This document shows, one piece after another, positions 54,301-64,000 of a stretch of 64,000 bases of DNA. How positions within the stretch are numbered: position 1 is the first letter of the stretch; each line of letters opens with the position of its first letter. This stretch comes from Eledone cirrhosa. Taxonomy: Eukaryota. The stretch is from assembly GCA_964016885.1 (NCBI GenBank), contig OZ024751.1:2480001-2544000 (forward strand), written 5' to 3'. Position numbers and translations under genes: made by a program. Below the pieces are notes generated by a model. The model ran no database searches and was not told the origin of the DNA. It saw nothing but the letters and a program-made list of their open reading frames with translations.

Positions 54301-57300
54301 TATTGAACCTTCTCTGTTGAACTGTTGTATTGAACCTTCCCTGTTGAACTGTCATGTTCGACATTCCCTGTTTAACTCTCATATTGAATCTTCCCTGTTG
54401 AACTGTCATGTTGAACCTTCTCTGTTTAACTGTCATGCTGAACCTTCTCTGTTGAACTGTCATATTGAACTTTCTCTGTTGAACTGTCATGCTGAATCTT
54501 CCCTGTTGAACTGTCATGCTGAACCTTCCCTGTTTAACTATCATATTGAACTTTCTCCGTTGAACTGTCATGCTGAACATTCCCTGTTGAACTGTCATAT
54601 TGAACTTTCTCTGTTGAACTGTCATGCTGAACCTTCCCTGTTGAACTATCATATTGAACCTTCTCTGTTGAACTGTCATGTTGGACGTTCTCAGTTTAAC
54701 TGTCATATTGAACCTTCTCTGTTTAACTGTCATATTGAACCTTCTCTGTTGAACTGTCATATTGAACCTTCTCTGTAGAACTGTCATATTGAACCTTCTC
54801 TGTTTAACTGTCATATTGCACTTTCTCTGTTGAACTGTCATACTGAACCTTCTATGTTGAACTGTCATATTGAAACTTCCCTGTTGAACTGTCATGTTTG
54901 ACCTTCTCTGTTTAACTGTCATATTGAACATTCTCTGTTGAACTGTCATGCTGAACCTTCCTTGTTGAACTGTATTATTGAACATTCTCTGTTGAACTGT
55001 CATGCTGAACTATCCATGTTGAACTGTATTACTGAACTTTCTCTGTTGAACTGTCATATTGAACCTTCCCTGTTGAACTGTCATGTTGAACCTTCTCTGT
55101 TTAACTGTCATATTGAACTTTCTCTGTTGAACTGTCATGCTGAACCTTCCCTGTTGAACTGTCATATTGAACCTTCTCTTTTGAACAGTCATTCTGAACC
55201 TTCCCTGTTGAACTGTCATATTGAACTTTCTCTGTTGAACTATCATATTGAACTTTCTCTGTTGAACTGTCATGCTGAACCTTCCCTGTTGAACTGTCAT
55301 GGTGAACCTTCTCTGTTGAACTGTCGTATTGAACCATCCCTGTTGAACTGTCATGTTGGATCTTCCCTGTTTTGCTCTCAAATTGAACCATCCCTGTTGA
55401 ACTGTCATATTTAACTTTCCCTGTTGAACTGTCATGCTGAAGCTTCCCTGTTGAACTGTCATGCTGAACCCCCCTGTTTAACTGTCATATTGAACATTCT
55501 CTGTTGAACTGTCATGCTGAACCTTCCCTGTTGAACTATCATACTGAACTCTCTGAGTTGAACTGTCATACTGAACTTTCTGTGTTGAACTGTCATGTTG
55601 GACCTTCTCTGTTGAACTGTCATGTTGGACCTTCTCTGTTGAAGTGTCATATTGAATCTTCTCTGTAGAACTGTCATATTGAACCTAATTGTTTAACTGT
55701 GATATTGAACTTTCTCTGTTGAACTGTCATACTGAACCTTCTCTGTTGAACTGTCCTGCTGAAGCTTCCCTATTGAACTGTCATATTGAACCTTCTCTGT
55801 TGAACTGTCATGTTGGACCTTCTCTGTTTAACTGTCATATTGAACCTTCTCTGTTGAACTGTCATATTGAACCTTCTCTGTTGAACTGTCATGCTGGACC
55901 TTCTCTGTTGAACTGTCATATTGAACTTTCTCTGTTGAACTGTCATATTTAACCTTCTCTGTTGAACTGTCATATTGGACCTTCTGTGTTGAACTGTCAT
56001 ATTGAACAATCTGTGTTGAACTGTCATGCTGAATCTTCCCTGTTGAACTGTCATAGTGAACCTTCCCTGTTTAACTGTCATATTGAACTTTCTCTGTTGA
56101 ACTATCATGCTGAACCTTCCCAGTTGAACTGTCATGCTGAACCTTCCCTGTTTAACTGTCATATTGAACTTTCTCTGTTGAACTGTCATGCTCAACATTC
56201 CCTGTTGAACTGTCATATTGAACCTTCTCTGTTGAACTATCATATTGAACTTTCTCTGTTGAACTATCATATTGAACTTTCTCTGTTGAACTGTCATGGT
56301 GAACCTTCTCTGTTGAACTGTCATACTGAACCTTCTCTGTTGAACTGTCGTATTGAACCATCCCTGTTGAACTGTCATGTTGGACCTTCCCTGTTTTGCT
56401 CTCAAATTGAACCATCCCTGTTGAACTGTCATATTTAACTTTCCCTGTTGAACTGTCATGCTGAAGCTTCCCTGTTGAACTGTCATGCTGAACCCCCCTG
56501 TTTAATTGTCATATTGAACATTCTCTGTTGAACTGTCATGCTGAACCTTCCCTGTTGAACTATCATACTGAACTTTCTGTGTTGAACTGTCATACTGAAC
56601 TTTCTGTGTTGAACTGTCATGTTGGACCTTCTCTGTTGAACTGTCATGTTGGACCTTCTCTGTTGAAGTGTCATATTGAATCTTCTCTGTAGAACTGTCA
56701 TATTGAACCTATTTGTTTAACTGTGATATTGAACTTTCTCTGTTGAACTGTCATACTGAACCTTCTCTGTTGAACTGTCCTGCTGAAGCTTCCCTATTGA
56801 ACTGTCATATTGAACCTTCTCTGTTGAACTGGCATGTTGGACCTTCTCTGTTTAACTGTCATATTGAACCTTCTCTGTTGAACTGTCATATTGAACCTTC
56901 TCTGTTGAACTGTCATGTTGGACCTTCTCTGTTGAACTGTCATATTGAACCTTCTCTGTTGAACTGTCATGTTGGACCTTCTCTGTTTAACTATCATATT
57001 GAACCTTCTCTGTTTAACTATCATATTGAACTTTCTCTGTTGAACTGACATGCTGAACCTTCCCTGTTGAACTGTCATGTTGAACCTTCTCTGTTGAACT
57101 TTCATATTGAACCTTCTCTGTTGAACTGTTGTATTGAACCTTCCCTGTTGAACTGTCATGTTGGACATTCCCTGTTTAACTCTCATATTGAATCTTCCCT
57201 GTTGAACTGTCATGTTGAACCTTCTCTGTTTAACTGTCATGCTGAACCTTCTCTGTTGAACTGTCATATTGAACTTTCTCTGTTGAACTGTCATGCTGAA

Positions 57301-60300
57301 TCTTCCCTGTTGAACTGTCATGCTGAACCTTCCCTGTTTAACTATCATATTGAACTTTCTCTGTTGAACTGTCATGCTGAACATTCCCTGTTGAACTGTC
57401 ATATTGAACTTTCTCTGTTGAACTGTCATGCTGAACCTTCCCTGTTGAACTATCATATTGAACCTTCTCTGTTGAACTGTCATGTTGGACGTTCTCAGTT
57501 TAACTGTCATATTGAACCTTCTCTGTTGAACTGTCATATTGAACCTTCTCTGTAGAACTGTCATATTGAACCTTCTCTGTTTAACTGTCATATTGCACTT
57601 TCTCTGTTGAACTGTCATACTGAACCTTCTATGTTGAACTGTCATATTGAAACTTCCCTGTTGAACTGTCATGTTGAACCTTCTCTGTTTAACTGTCATA
57701 TTGAACATTCTCTGTTGAACTGTCATGCTGAACCTTCCTTGTTGAACTGTATTATTGACCATTCTCTGTTGAACTGTCATGCTGAACTATCCATGTTGAA
57801 CTGTATTACTGAACTTTCTCTGTTGAACTGTCATATTGAACCTTCCCTGTTGAACTGTCATGTTGAACCTTCTCTGTTTAACTGTCATATTGAACATTCT
57901 CTGTTGAACTGTCATGCTGAACCTTCCCTGTTGAACTGTCATATTGAACCTTCTCTGTTGAACAGTCATTCTGAACCTTCCCTGTTGAACTGTCATATTG
58001 AACTTTCTCTGTTGAACTATCATATTGATCTTTCTCTGTTGAACTGTCATGCTGAACCTTCCCTGTTGAACTGTCATGGTGAACCTTCTCTGTTGAAGTG
58101 TCATACTGAACCTTCTCTGTTGAACTGTCGTATTGAACCATCGCTGTTGAACTGTCATGTTGGACCTTCCCTGTTTTGCTCTCAAATTGAACCATCCCTG
58201 TTGAACTGTCATATTTAACTTTCCCTGTTGAACTGTCATGCTGAAGCTTCCCTGTTGAACTGTCATGCTGAAACCCCCTGTTTAACTGTCATATTGAACA
58301 TTTTCTGTTGAACTGTCATGCTGAACCTTCCCTGTTGAACTATCATACTGAACTTTCTGTGTTGAACTGTCATACTGAACTTTCTGTGTTGAACTGTCAT
58401 GTTGGACCTTCTCTGTTGAACTGTCATGTTGGACCTTCTCTGTTGAAGTGTCATATTGAATCTTCTCTGTAGAACTGTCATATTGAACCTATTTGTTTAA
58501 CTGTGATATTGAACTTTCTCTGTTGAACTGTCATACTGAACCTTCTCTGTTGAACTGTCCTGCTGAAGCTTCCCTATTGAACTGTCATATTGAACCTTCT
58601 CTGTTGAACTGTCATGTTGGACCTTCTCTGTTTAACTGTCATATTGAACCTTCTCTGTTGAACTGTCATATTGAACCTTCTCTGTTGAACTGTCATGCTG
58701 GACCTTCTCTGTTGAACTGTCATATTGAACTTTCTCTGTTGAACTGTCATGCTGAATCTTCCCTGTTGAACTGTCATGCTGAACCTTCCCTGTTGAACTG
58801 TCATATTGAACCTTCTCTGTTGAACTGTCATGTTGGACCTTCTCTGTTTAACTATCATATTGAACCTTCTCTGTTTAACTATCATATTGAACTTTCTCTG
58901 TTGAACTGACATGCTGAACCTTCCCTGTTGAACTGTCATGTTGAACCTTCTCTGTTGAACTTTCATATTGAACCTTCTCTGTTGAACTGTTGTATTGAAC
59001 CTTCCCTGTTGAACTGTCATGTTGGACATTCCCTGTTTAACTCTCATATTGAATCTTCCCTGTTGAACTGTCATATTGAACGTTCCCTGTTGAACTGTCA
59101 TGCTGAAACTTCCATGTTGAACTGTCATGTTGAACCTTCTCTGTTTAACTGTCATGCTGAACCTTCTCTGTTGAACTGTCATATTGAACTTTCTCTGTTG
59201 AACTGTCATGCTGAATCTTCCCTGTTGAACTGTCATGCTGAACCTTCCCTGTTTAACTATCATATTGAACTTTCTCCGTTGAACTGTCATGCTGAACATT
59301 CCCTGTTGAACTGTCATATTGAACTTTCTCTGTTGAACTGTCATGCTGAACCTTCCCTGTTGAACCATGATATTGAACCTTCTCTGTTGAACTGTCATGT
59401 TGGACGTTCTCTGTTTAACTGTCATATTGAACCTTCTCTGTTTAACTGTCATATTGAACCTTCTCTGTTGAACTGTCATATTGAACCTTCTCTGTAGAAC
59501 TGTCATATTGAACCTTCTCTGTTTAACTATCATATTGCACTTTCTCTGTTGAACTGTCATACTGAACCTTCTATGTTGAACTGTCATATTGAAACTTCCC
59601 TGTTGAACTGTCATGTTGAACCTTCTCTGTTTAACTGTCATATTGAACATTCTCTGTTGAACTGTCATGCTGAACCTTCCTTGTTGAACTGTATTATTGA
59701 ACATTCTCTGTTGAACTGTCATGCTGAACCATCCATGTTGAACTGTATTACTGAACTTTCTCTGTTGAACTGTCATATTAAACCTTCCCTGTTGAACTGT
59801 CATGTCGAACCTTCTCTGTTTAACTGTCATATTGAACTTTCTCTGTTGAACTGTCATGCTGAACCTTCCCTGTTAAACTATTATATTGAACCTTCTATGT
59901 TGAACTGTCATGTTGAACCTTCTCTGTTTAACTGTCATATTGAACCTTCTCTGTTTAACTGTCGTATTGAACCTTCTCTGTTGAACTGTCATATTGAACC
60001 TTCCCTGTTGAACTGTCATGTTGAACCTTCTGTTTAACTGTCATATTGAACATTCTTGGTTGAACTGTCATGCTGAACCTTCGTTGTTGAACTGTCATAT
60101 TGAACCTTCTCTGTTGAACTGTCATGTTGGACCTTCTCTATTGAACTGTCATATTTAACCTTCTCTGTTGAACTGTCATATTGGACCTTCTGTGTTGAAC
60201 TGTGATATTGAACAATCTGTGTTGAACTGTCATGCTGAATCTTCCCTGTTGAACTGTCATATTGAACCTTCCCTGTTTAACTGTCATATTGAACTTTCTC

Positions 60301-61542
60301 TGTTGAACTATCATGCTGAACCTTCCCAGTTGAACTGTCATGCTGAACCTTCCCTGTTTAACTGTCATATTGAACTTTCTCTGTTGAACTGTCATGCTGA
60401 ACCTTCCCTGTTGAACTGTCATATTGAACCTTCTCTGTTGAACAGTCATTCTGAACCTTCCCTGTTGAACTGTCATATTGAACTTTCTCTGTTGAACTAT
60501 CATATTGAACTTTCTCTGTTGAACTGTCATGCTGAACCTTCCCTGTTGAACTGTCATGGTGAACCTTCTCTGTTGAACTGCCATACTGAACCTTCTCTGT
60601 TGAACCGTCGTATTGAACCTTCCCTGTTGAACTGTCATGTTGGACCTTCCCTGTATTCCTCTCAAATTGAACCATCCCTGTTGAACTGTCATGTTTAACT
60701 TTCCCTGTTGAACTAACATACTGAACCTTCCCTTTTGAAATGTCATGCTGAACCTTCCCTTTTGAAATGTCATGCTGAACTTTCTCTGTTGAACTGTCAT
60801 GCTGAAGCTTCCCTGTTGAACTGTCATGCTGAACCCCCCTGTTTAACTGTCATATTGAACTTTCTCTGTTGAACTGTCATGCTGAACCTTCCTTGTTGAA
60901 CTGTCATGTTGAACCTTCTCTGTTGAACTGTCATATTGAACCTTCTCTGTTGAACTGTCATGTTGGACCTTCTCTGTTGAACCGTCATATTGAACCTTCT
61001 CTGTAGAACTGTCATATTGAACCTTCTTTGTTTAACTGTCATATTGAACTTTCTCTGTTGAACTGTATTATTGAACATTCTCTGTTGAACTGTCATGCTG
61101 AACTTTCGCTGTTGAACTGTTATATTGAACCGTCTCTGTTGAACTGTCATGTTGGACCTTCTCTGTTTAACTGTCATGTTGAACCTTCTCTGTTTAACTC
61201 TCATATTGAACTTTCTCTGTTGAACTGTCATGCAGAACCTTCCCTGTTGAACTGTCATATTGAACCTTCTCTGTTGAACTGTCATGCTGAACCTTCCCTG
61301 TTGAACTATCATATTAAACCTTCTCTGTTGAACTGTCATGTTGGACCTTCTCTGTTTAACTGTCATATAGAACCTTCTCTTTTTAACTGTCATATTGAAC
61401 CTTCTCTGTTGAACTGTCATATTGAACCTTCCCTGTTGAACTGTCATGTTGAACCTTCTCTGTTTAACTGTCATATTGAACATTCTCTGTTGAACTGTCA
61501 TGCTGAACCTTCCTTGTTGAACTGTCATGTTGAACCTTCTCT
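39335..61542. repeat. Large tandem segmental duplication within the satellite, copy B (about 22.2 kb)
   Basis: Same order of private variants as copy A. The offset changes stepwise from 19,047 to 22,395, always by multiples of 27. Confidence 0.92.
41416..47007. repeat. 2,808-bp (104-monomer) tandem duplication present only in copy B (about 41416-44199 and 44224-47007)
   Basis: Identical ORF translations at +2808: 41822/44630, 42200/45008, 42548/45356, 42821/45629, 43118/45926. Confidence 0.92.
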
Positions 61543-62479
61543 ATTGAACTGTCATATTGAACCTTCTCTATTGAACTGTCATGTTGGACCTTCTCTGCTG
61601 AACTGTCATATTGAACCTTCTCTGTAGAACTGTCATATTGAACTTTCTCTGTTTAACTGTCATATTGAACTTTCTCTGTTGAACTGTCATACTGAACCTT
61701 CTCTGTTGAATGGTCATATTGAACTTTCCCTGTTGAACTGTCAGGCTGAACCTTCTATGTTGAACTGTCATGCTGAACCTTCCCTGTTGAACTGTCATAT
61801 TGAACCTTCTCTGTTGAACTGCCATATTGAACTTTCTCTGTTGAACTCTCATGCTGAACCTTCGCTGTTGAACTGTCATGCTGAACCTTCTCTGCTTAAC
61901 TGTCATATAGAACTTTCTCTGTTGAACTGTCATGCTGAACCTTCTCTGATGAACTGTCATATTGAACATTCTCTGTTGAACTGTCATGCTGAACCTTCCC
62001 TGTTGAACTGTCATGTTGAATCTTCTCTGTTGAACTCTCATATTGAACATTCTCTGTTGAGCTGTCATTCTGAACCTTCTCTGTTTAACTGTCATCTTGA
62101 ACCTTCTCTGTTTAACTGTCATATTGAACTTTCTCCGTTGAACTGTCATGCTGAACCTTCCCCGTTCAACCGTCATGCTGAACCTTCCCTGTTGAACTGT
62201 CATGTTGAACCTTCTCTGTTTAACTCTTATATTGAACCATCCCTGTTGAACTGTCATATTGACCCTTCTCTGGTGAACTGTCATGTTGGACCTTCTCTGT
62301 TTAACTGTCATATAGAACCTTCTCTTTTTAACTGTCATGTTGGACCTTCTCTGTTTAACTGTCATATAGAACCTTCTCTTTTTAACTGTCATATTGAACC
62401 TTCTCTGTTGAACTGTCATATTGAACCTTCCCTGTTGAACTGTCATGTTGAACCTTCTCTGTTTAACTGTCATATTGAA

Positions 62480-63900
62480 CCTTCTCTGTTGAACTGTCAT
62501 ATTGAACCTTCGCTGTTGAACTGTCATGTTGGACCTTCTCTGTTGAACTGTCATATTGAACTTTCTCTGTTGAACTGTCATGCTGAATCTTCCCTGTTGA
62601 ACAGTCATGCTGAACCTTCCCTGTTTAACTGTCATATTGAACCTTCTCTGTTGAACTGTCATGTTGGACCTTCTCTGTTTAACTATCATATTGAACCTTC
62701 TCTGTTTAACTATCATATTGAACTTTCTCTGTTGAACTGACATGCTGAACCTTCCCTGTTGAACTGTCATGTTGAACCTTCTCTGTTGAACTTTCATATT
62801 GAACCTTCTCTGTTGAACTGTTGTATTGAACCTTCCCTGTTGAACTGTCATGTTGGACATTCCCTGTTTAACTCACATATTGAATCTTCCCTGTTGAACT
62901 GTCATATTGAACGTTCCCTGTTGAAATGTCATGCTGAAACTTCCATGTTGAACTGTCATGTTGAACCTTCTCTGTTTAACTGTCATGCTGAACCTTCTCT
63001 GTTGAACTGTCATATTGAACTTTCTCTGTTGAACTGTCATGCTGAATCTTCCCTGTTGAACTGTCATGCTGAACCTTCCCTGTTTAACTATCATATTGAA
63101 CTTTCTCCGTTGAACTGTCATGCTGAACATTCCCTGTTGAACTGTCATATTGAACGTTCTCTGTTGAACTGTCATGCTGAACCTTCCCTGTTGAACTATC
63201 ATATTGAACCTTCTCTGTTGAACTGTCATGTTGGACGTTCTCTGTTTAACTGTCATATGGAACCTTCTCTGTTTAACTGTCATATTGAACCTTCTCTGTT
63301 GAACTGTCATATTGAACCTTCTCTGTAGAACTGTCATATTGAACCTTCTCTGTTTAACTGTCATATTGCACTTTCTCTGTTGAACTGTCATACTGAACCT
63401 TCTATGTTGAACTGTCATATTGAAACTTCCCTGTTGAACTGTCATGTTGAACCTTCTCTGATTAACTGTCATATTGAACATTCTCTGTTGAACTGTCATG
63501 CTGAACCTTCCTTGTTGAACTGTATTATTGAACATTCTCTGTTGAACTGTCATGCTGAACCATCCATGTTGAACTGTATTACTGAACTTTCTCTGTTGAA
63601 CTGTCATATTGAACCTTCCCTGTTGAACTGTCATGTTGAACCTTCTCTGTTTAACTGTCATATTGAACTTTCTCTGTTGAACTGTCATGCTGAACCTTCT
63701 CTGTTGAACTGTCATGCTGAACCTTCCTTGTTGAACTGTATTATTGAACATTCTCTGTTGAACTGTCATGCTGAACCATCCATGTTGAACTGTATTACTG
63801 AACTTTCTCTGTTGAACTGTCATATTGAACCTTCCCTGTTGAACTGTCATGTTGAACCTTCTGTTTAACTGTCATATTGAACATTCTCGGTTGAACTGTC
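62480..63900. repeat. Further, more diverged copy of the block at about 58.65-60.05 kb (offset 3,831 bp)
   Basis: ORF pairs 58928/62759 and 59549/63380 have equal lengths and similar monomer order. Both blocks end with the 2-bp-deleted monomer gaaccttctgtttaac (about 60023 and 63854). Confidence 0.8.
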
Positions 63901-64000
63901 ATGCTGAACCTTCCTTGTTGAACTGTCATGTTGAACCTTCTCTGTTGAACTGTCATATTGAACCTTCTCTGTTGAACTGTCATGTTGGACCTTCTCTATT

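Larger units (their letters stand above)
1..64000. repeat. 27-bp tandem satellite array, consensus TTGAACTGTCATATTGAACCTTCTCTG, about 2,370 monomers, single orientation, extends beyond both window ends
   Basis: Every line parses as TT(G/T)AACTGTCAT(AT/GT/GC)TG(A/G)AC(C/T)TTC(T/C)CTG with scattered substitutions. Translations in the ORF track repeat with a 9-aa period on both strands from start to end. No non-repeat interval was seen. Confidence 0.99.

Noticed and set aside
12-63983. All ORFs in the six-frame track as protein-coding genes (Cys/His-rich 9-aa repeat or basic MTVQQRRFN repeat)
   Set aside because: They lie wholly in the repeat, overlap on both strands and have no unique N- or C-terminal domain. 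The + strand starts are mostly TTG codons of the monomer, and stops and frameshifts are copied along with the duplicated blocks.
1-64000. CRISPR array or similar repeat-spacer system (27-bp period, GTTGAAC/TTGAAC motif resembling CRISPR repeat ends)
   Set aside because: There are no unique spacers. The 7-8 bp between TTGAAC motifs are themselves conserved repeat sequence, and no leader or cas gene is present.
1-64000. Zinc-finger, leucine-rich-repeat or pentapeptide-repeat gene
   Set aside because: Cys/His spacing does not fit C2H2 (C-x2-4-C-x12-H-x3-5-H), the 9-aa period fits neither LRR nor pentapeptide consensus, and conservation is at the DNA level including synonymous positions.
1-64000. 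tRNA/SINE array or Pol III promoters (GGTTCAA on the minus strand resembles a B-box)
   Set aside because: The match is only partial. There is no A-box, cloverleaf or tail, and the 27-bp period is too short.
1-64000. Telomerase-synthesised long telomeric repeat (as in budding yeasts with 20-26-bp units)
   Set aside because: There is no G-rich strand, and monomer heterogeneity with multi-kb duplications of variant patterns indicates recombination or replication-based amplification, not copying from a single RNA template. A subtelomeric location cannot be excluded.
1-64000. Transposon insertions, inversions or strand switches within the array
   Set aside because: The same peptide repeat stays on the same strand throughout, and no non-monomer sequence, terminal repeat or target-site duplication was seen.
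1-64000. Programmed diversification cassette system (antigenic variation or diversity-generating retroelement)
   Set aside because: No expression site, recombinase or reverse transcriptase is present. Variation is not adenine-specific and is explained by ordinary mutation plus block duplication.

Overview
The whole 64 kb window is one uninterrupted, head-to-tail tandem array of a 27-bp monomer, consensus TTGAACTGTCATATTGAACCTTCTCTG (about 37% GC, T-rich on the + strand, about 2,370 copies, all in one orientation). It runs off both ends of the window. I found no unique sequence, credible gene, RNA gene, transposon or CRISPR spacer. The ORFs in the track (LNCHIEPSL on +, MTVQQRRFN and QYDSSTEKV on -) arise because 27 is a multiple of 3 and three of the six frames of the consensus lack stops. 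An array this long is most consistent with eukaryotic satellite DNA, but I cannot assign a taxon or named family. The informative content is the nested architecture revealed by variant monomers: a 13+14-bp sub-repeat, an ordered succession of monomer types, 243- and 270-bp local duplications, about 1.9-3 kb higher-order units forming distinct domains, a seemingly perfect 6,198-bp tandem duplication (230 monomers), a 2,808-bp duplication (104 monomers), and an about 19/22-kb tandem duplication whose copies differ in length only by whole monomers. Candidate protein-binding motifs in the monomer are reported as speculative. The sequence does not support a claim of a new protein-coding system.
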